This document shows positions 28,239-39,535 of a stretch of 64,000 bases of DNA, piece by piece (position 1 is the first letter of the stretch; each line of letters opens with the position of its first letter). A program made the translations under genes and the position numbers. This DNA comes from Gammaproteobacteria bacterium. Lineage in GTDB: Bacteria; Pseudomonadota; Gammaproteobacteria; Eutrophobiales; Eutrophobiaceae. Under the pieces are notes generated by a model. That model ran no database searches and was not told the origin of the DNA. It saw only the letters and a program-made list of their open reading frames with translations. The DNA lies in the NCBI GenBank assembly GCA_965215365.1, contig CBDCDS010000003.1:1056001-1120000 (forward strand). The letters are read 5' to 3'.

Positions 28239-28460
28239 TCGCTTATTGCCTTGTGAAACATGATTGCTCTCAATAAGTTATGATCATACTGCTACTCTTT
28301 CCGCATAACCCACTGCGCTTGATGCGCCCTCGCTGGTCTTGGTTCTGCCTGCGGGCACGTGCTTGTTCAACCATAGCTACCGCTATGCTTATCGTCGCAG
28401 GCACCCGCAGGCAGAACCAATCCGGCGCGATCTTCGCATCACTGGGTGAGATCTGCGGGC
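28237..28460. mobile_element. MITE-like element family A (left end missing), fused to the terminal CRISPR repeat
   Basis: Near-identical to 36077-36317; ends ACTGGGTGAGATCTGCGGGC followed by TAA. Confidence 0.85.
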
Positions 28461-29779
28461 TAAACATCCGTCCGGGTCAACGCCGCGTAGTAAAACCCGT
28501 CGGTGTCGTCCGGGCCGGGCAGCAGTTGGCGGCCGTACTTTGTGGGGGTTCCCCATGTTGCCCGGATGGTTGCAGGGTTGGCCTGCGGTTGTCGGTTCAG
28601 GAACGTCTTGATCACTGCGTCGTTTTCCGCGCGCAGCAGCGAGCAGGTGGCATAGAGCAGGTGGCCGCCTGGCTTCAATAACGGCCACAGGGCGTTCAGC
28701 AGTTCGGTCTGTGCGGATTGCAGTTTGGGGAGTTGCGCCGGCGCCTTTAACCGTTTGATGTCGGGATGGCGACGGATGACGCCGGTGGCGCTGCATGGGG
28801 CGTCCAGCAGGATGCGGTCAAACGGGCGGCCGTCCCACCAGGCAGCCGTGTCGGTGGCATCGGCGCGGATAACGTTTGCGCTCAGGTGCAGCCGGTTCAG
28901 GGTGGCACGGAGTCTCCGGATGCGATGTTCATCCACCTCCAGCGCCGTCAGACTGCTGAGTTGCGGTTGCGTCTCAAGGAGCTGGGCGGTTTTGCCGCCG
29001 GGCGCCGCGCACGCGTCCAGTACCAGGTCGTCGGGTTGCGCCTGCAACAGGCTTGCGGCCAACTGTGCGCCGGCGTCCTGTACCGATACGTGACCCTGGT
29101 TAAAGCCGGGTAGTTGATTCACGTCAACCGGTTCCAGTACCCATATACCGCCGGGTGTCAGGGCCAGCGCCTGTGCGGGAATACCGGCCTGCGCCAGCTC
29201 GTTCAGATAGTCTGCCCGGGTCGTGCGTAGCAGGTTGACCCGCAGGTGTTGTGGCGGGCGCCGGTTGTGAGCCTGTAGTACGGCTTGCCAATGTGCCGGC
29301 CAGTCGGCCTTGAGCCGGTCGATGAGCCAGGGCGGGTGGGCATAGCGCGCCGCCGGGCGCTGTTCCAGTTCCACCATGAGCTGCTCATAGTCGCGTTGGG
29401 AACGGCGCAGCAGGGCATTGACCAACGGTTTCGCCCAGTCCTTGCCCAACCCGGCCGTGGCCGCCACCGTGGCCGAGACCGCCGCATGAGCGGGCGTGTT
29501 CAGGTGGTGCAACTGGTACAGTCCGACCAAGATAAGCATTCTGAGATCGGTATCTTTGTGCTTGAGCGGCTTGTCTAGGTAGTGGTCGAGAATCCACTCG
29601 AGTTGCTCGAACCAGCGCAAGGTGCCGAAGCACAGTTCCTTGACGAAGCTGCGATCGTCAGCGCGGTCAATTCTGTACAGATATTGTTCCAGCGCCGCGT
29701 CCAGCGTGAGGCGGTCCTGCACAACCCGGCACAGTGCTGCGGCCGCAAGCGCCCTGGTGTGTTGTCCCGAGAACGGCAC
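28460..29779 (-). CDS. rsmB: 16S rRNA m5C967 methyltransferase RsmB
   Basis: NusB-like N-terminus, VQDAGAQ, DACAAPGGKT, LDAPCSATGVIRRHPD and YATCS. Confidence 0.95.
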   Translation of the reverse strand: MPFSGQHTRALAAAALCRVVQDRLTLDAALEQYLYRIDRADDRSFVKELCFGTLRWFEQLEWILDHYLDKPLKHKDTDLRMLILVGLYQLHHLNTPAHAAVSATVAATAGLGKDWAKPLVNALLRRSQRDYEQLMVELEQRPAARYAHPPWLIDRLKADWPAHWQAVLQAHNRRPPQHLRVNLLRTTRADYLNELAQAGIPAQALALTPGGIWVLEPVDVNQLPGFNQGHVSVQDAGAQLAASLLQAQPDDLVLDACAAPGGKTAQLLETQPQLSSLTALEVDEHRIRRLRATLNRLHLSANVIRADATDTAAWWDGRPFDRILLDAPCSATGVIRRHPDIKRLKAPAQLPKLQSAQTELLNALWPLLKPGGHLLYATCSLLRAENDAVIKTFLNRQPQANPATIRATWGTPTKYGRQLLPGPDDTDGFYYAALTRTDV

Positions 29780-29785
29780 CGGCAG

Positions 29786-30727
29786 TCATCGACCCGGGGC
29801 AAACAGGTCCGGGTAACCGTTATAAATCTCCTTGATGCCCTGTTGCTTTTTTCCTTCTAGTTGCAGGCGCAGGATGCGCAAGGGATGATCTCCCGTGCCG
29901 ACATCCAGCCCCTGCGGGCCGTAGGCAATAATTTGCCCGCCCGTGCCGTGTGCCCCCGTGCCGTGTACCGTTCCTGCAGCCAGCGTCTGCGCCTGCCAGA
30001 CTCGTAGTTTCACGTTGTGCAGGCGGGTATGGGCGACCGGCGCCGGATTGAAGGCACGCACGTTGCGTTCAATCTGTGCCGCCGGCAAACCCCAGTCGAT
30101 GCCGGCCTCCTGTTTGGTGACCTTGTGGGCGTAAGTCGCCAGGGCCTCATCCTGCGCCTGCGGTTTGCCAGAGCCTGCGTCCAGTGCCGCCAACGCCTCA
30201 AGCAGGCAGTCGGCCCCCAGCGTTGCCAGGCGCGCCGCCAGCGACAAGCCGGTATCGGCAGGGTCGATAGCGCATGCTTTTTGCAACAGGATATTGCCGG
30301 TGTCGATGCCGGCATCCATCAGCATAATAGATATGCCGGTGTGTGCATCCCCCACCTGCAGTGCCCGCTGGATGGGCGCGGCACCGCGCCATCTGGGCAG
30401 CAGCGACGCATGCACGTTGATACAGCCGTGGCGGGGGCTGGATAACACCGCTGCCGGAACGATCATGCCGTAGGCGGCGACGATCAGCGCCTCAATGTCG
30501 TCCCGATCCGCGTCCTGCGCCAGTTGCGCCGGGGTAACGGGCTGTTTGACCGGGACTGCATAGCGCTGTGCAAGCTCTTTGACGGGGCTGGGGCGGGTTT
30601 TCCGGCCGCGTCCTGCGGGCCGGTCCGGTTGGGTATAGACCTGCAGGACCTGGTGTTGCGGACTGTCAAGCAGCGCCTGGAGAATGACGGCCGCAAGCTG
30701 CGGTGTGCCGGCAAAAGAGAGCTTCAC
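29786..30727 (-). CDS. fmt: Methionyl-tRNA formyltransferase
   Basis: [15 protein letters not shown] and [18 protein letters not shown]. Confidence 0.96.
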   Translation of the reverse strand: MKLSFAGTPQLAAVILQALLDSPQHQVLQVYTQPDRPAGRGRKTRPSPVKELAQRYAVPVKQPVTPAQLAQDADRDDIEALIVAAYGMIVPAAVLSSPRHGCINVHASLLPRWRGAAPIQRALQVGDAHTGISIMLMDAGIDTGNILLQKACAIDPADTGLSLAARLATLGADCLLEALAALDAGSGKPQAQDEALATYAHKVTKQEAGIDWGLPAAQIERNVRAFNPAPVAHTRLHNVKLRVWQAQTLAAGTVHGTGAHGTGGQIIAYGPQGLDVGTGDHPLRILRLQLEGKKQQGIKEIYNGYPDLFAPGR

Positions 30728-31227
30728 GAGCGAATCTTGTTCTGTTTCTCGATTTTTTTACGCAAGCGCTGCCGTTTAATCGGGGACAGATAATCAATAA
30801 ACAGCTTGCCGTCAAGGTGGTCGATTTCGTGCTGGATGCAGACTGCGCGCAAGCCCTCGGCTTCGGCTTCGGCTGCTGCGCCGTCCGTATCAAGATAACG
30901 GTAGGTGATCTGTTCTGCGCGTTGCACCGGAGCGGTATAGCCGGGCACCGACAGGCAGCCTTCTTCCATTTCCTCCGTGCCGGTCTTGTGCGTGACCTCC
31001 GGGTTGATCAGGATCAACGGTTCATTTCTTTGTTTGGACAAGTCCATCACGACCACCCGTTGCTGCACGTTCACCTGAGTGGCGGCCAGACCGATGCCGT
31101 TCTCCGCGTACATGGTTTCTAGCATATCTGCCGCAAGCTGCCTAACCCCCGCATCCACCGCCGCGACCGGACGCGCCTTGTTACGCAGACGGGGGTCGGG
31201 AAAATGTAACACGGTTAATTTTGACAT
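30724..31227 (-). CDS. def: Peptide deformylase
   Basis: [16 protein letters not shown] and QHEIDHLDG; likely start [11 protein letters not shown] at 31227. Confidence 0.96.
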   Translation of the reverse strand: MSKLTVLHFPDPRLRNKARPVAAVDAGVRQLAADMLETMYAENGIGLAATQVNVQQRVVVMDLSKQRNEPLILINPEVTHKTGTEEMEEGCLSVPGYTAPVQRAEQITYRYLDTDGAAAEAEAEGLRAVCIQHEIDHLDGKLFIDYLSPIKRQRLRKKIEKQNKIRS

Positions 31228-31299
31228 CGGCTGCACCACTTTGGTATTATCCACGAAAAAACACTCAGAGTTCAACTCTAACCGCACGGGAGAAGCGTC

Positions 31300-34200
31300 A
31301 TGCGTGATAAATTCGTGGGAACACTTGATCAGGTTGCCGACTATCTTGCTGCTCTTAAGTGGTTCTCCCAAAGTAAGTCCATTCTTGTGGATGTCTCGCG
31401 CTTGGATGCCGCCGGGCAAGTTCTGGCGCGTGAGACTCTCGACTTATACTCGCAAGCTACTGGTTTGCGCTTCGTTGAGTCCAGTCTCCATATCGGTGCG
31501 CCCGGCATTATTTTCGACGACGAACAGGCGGGCGGATACGCGCAGATGGTGTACACGCTTCCTGACGGCGAGTTGAAAACCGTCCTCGTTAACATTTACA
31601 AATCAGAGGCAGCGCGCCCTAAGCACTGGGCGCTCTACACATATCTTCACGAGGTTGGCCATGCGCTCGGCCTGAGGCATCCAGGCCCTTACAAGGGCGG
31701 CTACGGCACCGGCAATCACTTTGTGAACGACAGCATCCAGCTCACGGTGATGTCCTATTTCAACCAGCAGCAGAACACCTGGCTCGATGCCGACCGGGCC
31801 TATCCGGTCACGCCCATGGCGGCAGACATTCTGGCCCTTGAGAAGTTGTACGGCGACAGCAACGCCGTCCGTACCGGCGACACCGTGTATGGCTTTAACT
31901 CCAATGCCGGCGGCTACTTTGACAAGATTGCCGGGATCATGAAGGGCATCACACCGTCGTTGAGTCAGGCGACGCTGGCCTTCACCCTCATCGACGACGG
32001 CGGTATCGACACGTTTGACTATGCCGACGCTGTGCGCGGCAGCCGGGTGGACTTGCGCCCCGGCGCAGTGTCCGATGTATTTGGCGCTAAAGGCGCCATG
32101 GTGATTTATAAAGACACGGTGATTGAGAACTTCCTCGGTGGCACCGGGGATGATGATGTGACCGGCAACGACGCGGCCAACACGCTCGTGGGCAACGGGG
32201 GGGACGATACCCTGGTCGGTGGTGCTGGAGACGATACTCTGGACGGCGGGGCGGGAGATGACATCCTCGACGGCGGTGCTGGGGATGACACCCTGACCGG
32301 CGGGGCCGGCGCCGACACCTTCCGTTACCCGCTCATCGGGTTCGGCGCCGACACCATCATTGACTTCACCGACGGCACGGACCGGATTGATTTCCGCAAC
32401 ACCGGCCTGAGCTTTGCCGACCTGACTCTCAGTGTCAGCGGCAAGGACCTGATTATCGATGCCGGTTCCGGCAATACCATTACCCTCACCAGGCAGGCTG
32501 GTGTTACTCTCGATCAGGCCGACTTCCTGTTCGGGTCCGCTCCTCTTCACACGGCTACAATCGCCGGCCTGATTGCCGATGTGCGCGGCTATGCAGCAGA
32601 GACCTACCCCGGCGCCGACGGCGTGACCCGCTGGCAACGGGTTTTGAAAGCCCTGGGCGAGACCGACGCGGCCTTCGCCAACCTCACACCAATGACCGCC
32701 GCCGAGGCTCAAACCTACGCCAACAACGGCTGGCCTCGCTGGGACCCGGTGGTGACCGTCTTGACAGACATCGAAGCGCAACAGCAGCCGGAGGTGTCTA
32801 TCGGCGATGTCACCGTCACCGAAGGCGGCAACGCCCAATTCACCGTCAGCCTGGACAAGGCGTGGGGCTACGATGTCACGGTGGACTACATCACTGCCGA
32901 CGGCAGCGCCACTGCCGGCCGCGACTACACCGGTGTGAGCGCGGCGCAAACCCTGATCATCCCTGCCAGGCAGCAACACGCCACGATTACAGTAGCCACC
33001 ACGGACGACAATATCGACGAGCCCAACGAGACTTTTACCGTAGCCTTGAGCAATCCCACCAACGCGACTTTGGGTGATGCCATCGGCACGGCCACCCTCA
33101 CCGACAACGACGACCTGATTGCCGATGTGCGCGGCTATGCCGCTGAGACCAACAGCGGGGCCGAGCATGTGACCCGCTGGCAACGGGTTTTGAAAGCCCT
33201 GGGCGAGACCGACGCGGCCTTTGCCAGCCTCACGCCGATGACCGCCGCCGAGGCTCAAACCTACGCCAATAACGGCTGGCCGCGCTGGGACCCGGTGGTG
33301 ACGGCCTTGAGGGCAATCGAAGCGCAACAACCGCCGCCCCCGCCACCGGTGGCATCCATCAACGATGTCACCATCACCGAAGGCGGCAACGCCCAATTCA
33401 CCGTCAGTCTGGACAGGGTTTCGGGCAGCGATGTCACGGTGGACTACAGCACCGCTAACGGCACGGCGACGGCCGGTAGCGACTACGCTGGTGTCAGCAA
33501 GGCGCCAACCCTGACTATCGCCGCCGGGCAGTCAAGCGCGACGATTACCGTGCAAACCACGGACGACAGCACGGATGAGCCGGATGAGACCTTCACGGTG
33601 ACGTTAAGCAATCCCGTTAATGCCGTCTTAGGCGATGCCACTGGCGAGGCGACCGTCACCGACAATGACAGCCCGCCAGCGCTGTCCATCGGCGATGTCA
33701 CCGTCACCGAAGGCGGCGCGGCGCAGTTTACCCTTACTCTTGACGCCGTCTCTGGCAAGGACGTAACTGTGAGTTGGGCAACGACCGACGGCACCGCCAG
33801 CGCCAGCAGCGACTACACGGCGCGCAGCGGTCAGAGCGTCACCATCGCCGCCGGGCAGCAACGCGCGATGATTACGGTAGCCACCACAGACGACAGCATT
33901 GACGAGCCCGATGAGACTTTCACCGTCACCTTGAGCAATCCCGTCAATACCACCTTGGGCGATGCCAGGGGCGAGGCCACTATTACTGACAACGACGACC
34001 CGCCGCCACCCTCATCCGACAACCCCTACGCCGACCTGATTACCAAGGTGCGCGGCTATGCCGCCGAAACCGGTAACGGCGATGCGCATGTGCTCCGCTG
34101 GCAGCGGGTGCTCAAAGCCTTGGGTGAGACCGATGCGGCCTTTGCCAGCCTCACGCCCATGACCGCGGCGCAAGCGCAGAACATGGCCGACACCTACACG

Positions 34201-34857
34201 GCGGCCCGCTGGGACCCGGTGGTGACCGCCCTGACCGAGCTCGAGGCGCAACAGCCGCCCGATACCGAGCCCTCCACCCCATCAACTGACCCTGAACCCG
34301 AGCCGCAACCCGATCCTGACCCGTTGCCCGACTCTGGCACACGCCCACTGCCGGTCATCGACGGCCTGACGCTCATTAGCACGTCGGCTTTCGGTGAGGT
34401 GCTCATGGGTAGTGCCGCCAATGACCGCCTCGACGGTAACGCCGGGGGCGACGTGCTCGTCGGCAAGGGCGGCGATGACCTCCTCGACGGCGGCGATGGG
34501 CACGATAGGCTCTACGGCGGCGACGGGGATGACCACTTGGACGGCGGGCCGGGTGATGACCGCATCGACGGCGGCGGCGGCGATGACCTGCTCACCGGCG
34601 GCACCGGCACTGACTTTTTCTACATCTACGCAGACGACGGCCACGATGTGATTACCGACTTCGACAGTGCCACCAAATTTCTGATCTTCTGGCGGGTGGC
34701 GTTCCGTAGCGTGCAAGATCTGCGCGACAACTACGTGACCGAACAGGGCGATGACCTGGTGATTTATACCGACACCGACCGCAACCACAGCGTCACGCTG
34801 GAAGACTTCGTGAGCAACGGCGGGCAGGTCGCCGATCTGAATGTTGTGATCGCTTGA
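31300..34857 (+). CDS. Serralysin-like M10 metalloprotease with RTX repeats, three Calx-beta domains and three copies of an unrecognised helical repeat
   Basis: [12 protein letters not shown] zinc motif, TVMSY Met-turn, GGxGxD repeats and [31 protein letters not shown]. Confidence 0.85.
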   Translation: MRDKFVGTLDQVADYLAALKWFSQSKSILVDVSRLDAAGQVLARETLDLYSQATGLRFVESSLHIGAPGIIFDDEQAGGYAQMVYTLPDGELKTVLVNIYKSEAARPKHWALYTYLHEVGHALGLRHPGPYKGGYGTGNHFVNDSIQLTVMSYFNQQQNTWLDADRAYPVTPMAADILALEKLYGDSNAVRTGDTVYGFNSNAGGYFDKIAGIMKGITPSLSQATLAFTLIDDGGIDTFDYADAVRGSRVDLRPGAVSDVFGAKGAMVIYKDTVIENFLGGTGDDDVTGNDAANTLVGNGGDDTLVGGAGDDTLDGGAGDDILDGGAGDDTLTGGAGADTFRYPLIGFGADTIIDFTDGTDRIDFRNTGLSFADLTLSVSGKDLIIDAGSGNTITLTRQAGVTLDQADFLFGSAPLHTATIAGLIADVRGYAAETYPGADGVTRWQRVLKALGETDAAFANLTPMTAAEAQTYANNGWPRWDPVVTVLTDIEAQQQPEVSIGDVTVTEGGNAQFTVSLDKAWGYDVTVDYITADGSATAGRDYTGVSAAQTLIIPARQQHATITVATTDDNIDEPNETFTVALSNPTNATLGDAIGTATLTDNDDLIADVRGYAAETNSGAEHVTRWQRVLKALGETDAAFASLTPMTAAEAQTYANNGWPRWDPVVTALRAIEAQQPPPPPPVASINDVTITEGGNAQFTVSLDRVSGSDVTVDYSTANGTATAGSDYAGVSKAPTLTIAAGQSSATITVQTTDDSTDEPDETFTVTLSNPVNAVLGDATGEATVTDNDSPPALSIGDVTVTEGGAAQFTLTLDAVSGKDVTVSWATTDGTASASSDYTARSGQSVTIAAGQQRAMITVATTDDSIDEPDETFTVTLSNPVNTTLGDARGEATITDNDDPPPPSSDNPYADLITKVRGYAAETGNGDAHVLRWQRVLKALGETDAAFASLTPMTAAQAQNMADTYTAARWDPVVTALTELEAQQPPDTEPSTPSTDPEPEPQPDPDPLPDSGTRPLPVIDGLTLISTSAFGEVLMGSAANDRLDGNAGGDVLVGKGGDDLLDGGDGHDRLYGGDGDDHLDGGPGDDRIDGGGGDDLLTGGTGTDFFYIYADDGHDVITDFDSATKFLIFWRVAFRSVQDLRDNYVTEQGDDLVIYTDTDRNHSVTLEDFVSNGGQVADLNVVIA

Positions 34858-36017
34858 GAGTGTCGGGCAAGGAGCCGGCACATGGCAACAGGACATTGGA
34901 GACGCTCTCTCAAGATACCCATCTGTATGACTGGCTGGTGCTGCTGCATGCGGCGGTCGCAACCGACTATAACCTGTTCCCATTGCTGGAGAACTTCGGG
35001 GCTGCGCCGGCAGTGCTGGAGGCGGCAAGGGCCGGGTTGATCAGTGGCGCCCACCTGCCGCCCGCGGCGCTGGCAGCACTGCAAAAACCCGATGCCGAAG
35101 CAATCAACAGTGAAATGGCGCGTCTGCAGCAGGCGGGTTATCACTTCATCCCGTTCAACCACGAGTGCTATCCGGCGTTATTGAAGCAGATACCGGCACC
35201 GCCGCCGGGTTTGTTTATGCGCGGCGACCCCGGGGTTATTGCCACTTGCCAGGTGGCCCTGGTCGGGAGCCGCAAGCCCACTATTGACGGCCGCAAGGAT
35301 GCCCGGTATCTCGCCGAGGCGCTGGCACAGGAGGGCATCACGGTAACCAGTGGTCTGGCGCACGGCATAGATACGGAAGCGCACCGGGGCGCGCTGGCGC
35401 GCCACGGCCGCACGGTTGCGGTGCTGGGCAGCGGCCTCGACTGTATTTACCCACGCGCCAATGCCGGGCTGGCCGAGGCGGTCTGTGAACGCGGCGCGCT
35501 GGTATCCGAGTTCCCGCTCTGCTGGCGTCCATATCCTGGTAATTTTCCGCGTCGCAACCGTGTTATCAGCGGCCTCAGCGCCGCCACGCTGGTGGTGGAA
35601 GCAACCCGCAACAGCGGGTCGTTGATCACAGCTAGGCATGCGCTGGAGCAGAACCGCGAAGTGCTGGCCGTGCCCGGCTCGATCAGGAATCCCATGAAGC
35701 AGGGTTGTCACAGCCTGTTGCGCGCCGGGGCGGCGCTGGTGGAAAACGTCGAGGATATCCTGGCCGTCCTAGGTCAGTTCCAGCAGCTTAAAAAGGCCGC
35801 GGCGGTGGCGACCGTGCAAGCCGAACATAACATTACACTTGACGAACAGGAGAAAGTGCTGCTTGATAATATAGGCTATGAGCCGACCAGCTTAGATGAG
35901 ATAGTGAATATGACCGGCAATGGGATCGAGGATATTATGGGCAAACTGCTAACCTTGGAACTGGACGGGTTGATCACGGCAGTGGCGCCGGGCTCGTACA
36001 TGCGCGTCGGGCGCTAA
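34854..36017 (+). CDS. dprA: DNA-processing protein DprA
   Basis: ALVGSR, VTSGLAHGID, FPRRNRVISGLS and SGSLITA. Confidence 0.93.
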   Translation: MRVSGKEPAHGNRTLETLSQDTHLYDWLVLLHAAVATDYNLFPLLENFGAAPAVLEAARAGLISGAHLPPAALAALQKPDAEAINSEMARLQQAGYHFIPFNHECYPALLKQIPAPPPGLFMRGDPGVIATCQVALVGSRKPTIDGRKDARYLAEALAQEGITVTSGLAHGIDTEAHRGALARHGRTVAVLGSGLDCIYPRANAGLAEAVCERGALVSEFPLCWRPYPGNFPRRNRVISGLSAATLVVEATRNSGSLITARHALEQNREVLAVPGSIRNPMKQGCHSLLRAGAALVENVEDILAVLGQFQQLKKAAAVATVQAEHNITLDEQEKVLLDNIGYEPTSLDEIVNMTGNGIEDIMGKLLTLELDGLITAVAPGSYMRVGR

Positions 36018-36560
36018 CCCGCAGGCAGCACCAATCCGGCGCGAGCTTCGCATCACTTGGTGAGATATGCGGGCCAGCCCGCAGATCTCACCCAGTCGCT
36101 TATTGCCTTGTGAAACATTATTTTTCTCAATAAGTTATGATCATACTGCTGCTCTTTCCGCATAACCCACTGCGCTTGATGCGCCCTCGCTGGTCTTGGT
36201 TCTGCCTGCGGGCACGTGCTTCCTCAACCATAGCTACCGCTATGGTTTCGGGCGCAGGCACCCGCAGGCAGAACCAATCCGGCGCGATCTTCGCATCACT
36301 TGGTGAGATATGCGGGCCAGCCCGCAGATCTCACCCAGTCGCTTATTGCCTTGTGAAACATTATTTTTCTCAATAAGTTATGATCATACTGCTGCTCTTT
36401 CCGCATAACCCACTGCGCTTGATGCGCCCTCGCTGGTCTTGGTTCTGCCTGCGGGCACGTGCTTCCTCAACCATAGCTACCGCTATGGTTTCGGGCGCAG
36501 GCACCCGCAGGCAGAACCAATCCGGCGCGATCTTCGCATCACTTGGTGAGATATGCGGGC
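36018..36560. mobile_element. MITE family A cluster: short form (36018-36074) plus two tandem 241-bp copies (36077-36317, 36320-36560)
   Basis: TIRs GCCCGCAGATCTCACCCAGT ... ACTTGGTGAGATATGCGGGC; internal 17-bp inverted repeat TTGGTTCTGCCTGCGGG/CCCGCAGGCAGAACCAA. Confidence 0.88.
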
Positions 36561-36577
36561 TAAAACTAAAATAAAGT

Positions 36578-38983
36578 GTGAAAAAAATGACATCAGCATT
36601 AGTTATCGTTGAATCTCCTGCAAAAGCCAGAACCCTGGAACGCTACCTGGGTAGTGGTTACAAGGTGTTGGCATCCAACGGGCATGTGCGCGACCTGTTG
36701 CCGAAAACCGGTGCGGTAAATCCGGAACAGGACTTTGCCATGCGCTATGAAATCATCGACAGAAACGCCCGTTCCGTGGACGCGATCGCCCGCGCCTTGA
36801 AAAAATCCGACGTGCTGTATCTGGCCACTGACCCCGACCGCGAGGGTGAGGCCATCTCCTGGCACCTGTACGAGTTGCTCAAAGAGCGCGACGCGCTGCA
36901 ACGCAAGGAGGTCAAGCGCGTGGTGTTCCATGAAGTCACCAAGCAGGCAGTGTTGAAAGCGCTGGGCAACCCCGGGGAATTATCTTGGGACTTGATCAAC
37001 GCCCAGCAGGCGCGCCGCGCGCTGGACTATCTGGTCGGGTTCAACCTGTCGCCGCTGTTGTGGAAGAAGATTCGTCGGGGCCTGTCTGCCGGGCGGGTGC
37101 AAAGTCCTGCGCTGCGCTTGATCGTCGAGCGTGAAGAGGAGATTGAGCAGTTCCAAACCCGCGAGTACTGGACGGTGGAGGCAGACCTGACGGTCTCAGG
37201 GACGCAGTTTCCCGCTCGGCTGAGCCGCTTTGATGACGAGAAAATAGAGCAATTCAGCATTACCGATGAAGCGCGTGCACAGGCGGTGACCGGCACGCTG
37301 GAACACAATGCCGCGGCGCAACTCAAGGAAGTTATGGCTGCCGGGGTCAAGCCCGGCATGGCGGGGGAAACTGCGGGGGACTTCGACCCGGCTGCCTGCC
37401 GCGGCGCGCTGCGCGTGCATGCGGTGACGCGCAAGCAGCGCAAGCGCAACCCGGCCCCGCCGTTCATCACCTCCACGTTGCAGCAGGAGGCCGTCAGGAA
37501 ACTGGGCTTTACTGCACAACATGCTATGCGTATTGCGCAACAGTTGTACGAAGGCATTGACATCGGTTCCGGCGAAGTGGGCCTGATCACGTACATGAGG
37601 ACTGATTCGGTGAATCTGGCAACGGAAGCCATCAACGAGATGCGTCGGTTTATCAAGACCCGATATGGTGCAGAATACCTGCCGGAGCAGCCCCGTCGCT
37701 ACCGTACCAAATCAAAAAACGCGCAGGAGGCCCATGAAGCCATACGCCCCACCGCCGTGGCGCGCGTGCCGCAGGACCTGCGCTCGAAGCTGAGCAAGGA
37801 CCAATTCCGCTTGTACGAGTTGATCTGGAAGCGAGCGCTGGCCAGTCAGATGGCCGCGGCCGTTATCGACACGGTTGCGGTGGATCTGAAGTGTGGCGCT
37901 GGTAACTTGTTCCGGGCGAATGGCTCCACCGTGGTCAAACAAGGTTTTATGACGCTATATACAGAAGGTGAGGACGACCGCAAGCAGGGACAGGCGGATA
38001 ACGCCACTGACAGAACCTTGCCCGCTATGGCGACCGATGATGTGGTGGCATTGCTGCAAATACGACCCGAACAGCATTTTACCGAACCGCCGCCGCGCTA
38101 TTCCGAGGCAACCCTGGTGAAGACGCTGGAAGAATACGGCATCGGCCGACCTTCGACTTATGCCGCCATTATTTCCACCTTGCGCAACCGGGAATACGTG
38201 GAAATGGAAAAAAAACGTTTTCAACCCACCGACGTGGGGCGCGTCGTCAACAAGTTTCTCACCGAGCATTTCGACAGTTACGTCGATTACAACTTTACCG
38301 CCAGACTAGAAGATGATCTCGATGCCGTGTCCCGCGGGGAGAAGGAATGGGTGCCGTTGATGCGAGATTTCTGGGAGCCGTTTGCTGCCAGAGTGAAAGA
38401 CAAGGAAGGTGGGGTGAGCCGCAGCGAGGCGGTCAGCGCGCGCATGCTGGGTAATGATCCGGCCAGCGGCCGCCCGGTTACCGTGCGCATGGGGCGTTAC
38501 GGGCCTTATGTGCAGGTAGGCACCCGGGACGATGAGGACAAGCCGAAGTTTGCCAGCCTGCGTTCCGAGCAGCGCATGGATACTATCGGGTTGGAGGAAG
38601 CGCTGGAACTGTTCAACCTGCCCAGGGAACTGGGTGTTTCCGAAGCGGGCGAGCAGATTAGCGTAAATATCGGTCGCTTCGGCCCTTATGTGCGCTATGA
38701 CGACAAGTATGCCTCCCTGCAGGATGGGGATGATCCTTATACGATGGACCTGGCACGGGCGCTGGAGCTGGTGCGCGAGAAAAAGGCGGCGGACGCGAAC
38801 AAGTACATCAAGGTGTTTGAAAATGAGGGCATTGCCATTCTCAACGGACGTTACGGACCGTATATCAAGGAGGGCAAGAAGAATGTCAAAATTCCTAAGG
38901 ATAAGGCGCCTGAGGACTTGACCCTGCAGGAGTGCAAAGACCTGATCGCCGCCGCCCCGGCAGGGCGCCGGCGCCGTAAGTGA
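36578..38983 (+). CDS. topA: DNA topoisomerase I
   Basis: LVIVESPAKA, ATDPDREGEAI, SAGRVQS, ITYMRTDS and GRYGPY C-terminal repeats. Confidence 0.97.
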   Translation: MKKMTSALVIVESPAKARTLERYLGSGYKVLASNGHVRDLLPKTGAVNPEQDFAMRYEIIDRNARSVDAIARALKKSDVLYLATDPDREGEAISWHLYELLKERDALQRKEVKRVVFHEVTKQAVLKALGNPGELSWDLINAQQARRALDYLVGFNLSPLLWKKIRRGLSAGRVQSPALRLIVEREEEIEQFQTREYWTVEADLTVSGTQFPARLSRFDDEKIEQFSITDEARAQAVTGTLEHNAAAQLKEVMAAGVKPGMAGETAGDFDPAACRGALRVHAVTRKQRKRNPAPPFITSTLQQEAVRKLGFTAQHAMRIAQQLYEGIDIGSGEVGLITYMRTDSVNLATEAINEMRRFIKTRYGAEYLPEQPRRYRTKSKNAQEAHEAIRPTAVARVPQDLRSKLSKDQFRLYELIWKRALASQMAAAVIDTVAVDLKCGAGNLFRANGSTVVKQGFMTLYTEGEDDRKQGQADNATDRTLPAMATDDVVALLQIRPEQHFTEPPPRYSEATLVKTLEEYGIGRPSTYAAIISTLRNREYVEMEKKRFQPTDVGRVVNKFLTEHFDSYVDYNFTARLEDDLDAVSRGEKEWVPLMRDFWEPFAARVKDKEGGVSRSEAVSARMLGNDPASGRPVTVRMGRYGPYVQVGTRDDEDKPKFASLRSEQRMDTIGLEEALELFNLPRELGVSEAGEQISVNIGRFGPYVRYDDKYASLQDGDDPYTMDLARALELVREKKAADANKYIKVFENEGIAILNGRYGPYIKEGKKNVKIPKDKAPEDLTLQECKDLIAAAPAGRRRRK

Positions 38984-39028
38984 GTAGTTTTGTTGGCCCC
39001 GTACATCTCTTGAATATGAGAAATAACG

Positions 39029-39535
39029 ATGACTGAAAACAAACCGTTTGTTGCAATTTTAATGGGTTCGGATTCCGACCTGCCGGTAATGCGCGCCACC
39101 GTTGAGGTACTGGACAGTTTTACCATTGCCAGGGAGGTGAAGATCACCTCTGCGCACCGTACCCCCGAAGCCACTAAGGCCTACATCAAGGATGCCGAGG
39201 CGCGCGGCTGCCAGGTGTTTATTGCCGCCGCCGGCCTGGCCGCGCACCTGGCTGGCGCGGTGGCGGCAACCACTACCCGGCCGGTCATCGGTGTGCCCTT
39301 GGCTGCCGGGCCGCTGAACGGCATGGACTCGTTGCTGTCAACGGTGCAGATGCCAGGCGGCATACCGGTCGGGACCGTTGCCATCGGCAAGGCCGGAGCC
39401 AAAAACGCCGCCTATCTGGCCGCACAAATTCTGGCGTTGCAGGACCGCGAGCTGGCCGCCGCCATCAGCGCCGAACGCGCGCAGATGAGCCACTCGGTGC
39501 AGGCCAAGGATGCGGCCTTGCAGGAACAACTGTGA
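39029..39535 (+). CDS. purE: Phosphoribosylaminoimidazole carboxylase/mutase PurE
   Basis: MGSDSD, SAHRTP, PVIGVP and [14 protein letters not shown]. Confidence 0.95.
   Translation: MTENKPFVAILMGSDSDLPVMRATVEVLDSFTIAREVKITSAHRTPEATKAYIKDAEARGCQVFIAAAGLAAHLAGAVAATTTRPVIGVPLAAGPLNGMDSLLSTVQMPGGIPVGTVAIGKAGAKNAAYLAAQILALQDRELAAAISAERAQMSHSVQAKDAALQEQL

Noticed and set aside
31603-33396. 597-aa minus-strand ORF
   Set aside because: Antisense shadow of the GC-rich protease gene.
36137-36574. Repeated MIILLLFPHNPLRL ORFs (also at 28280)
   Set aside because: Lie inside MITE A copies, have variable ends and show no transposase motifs.
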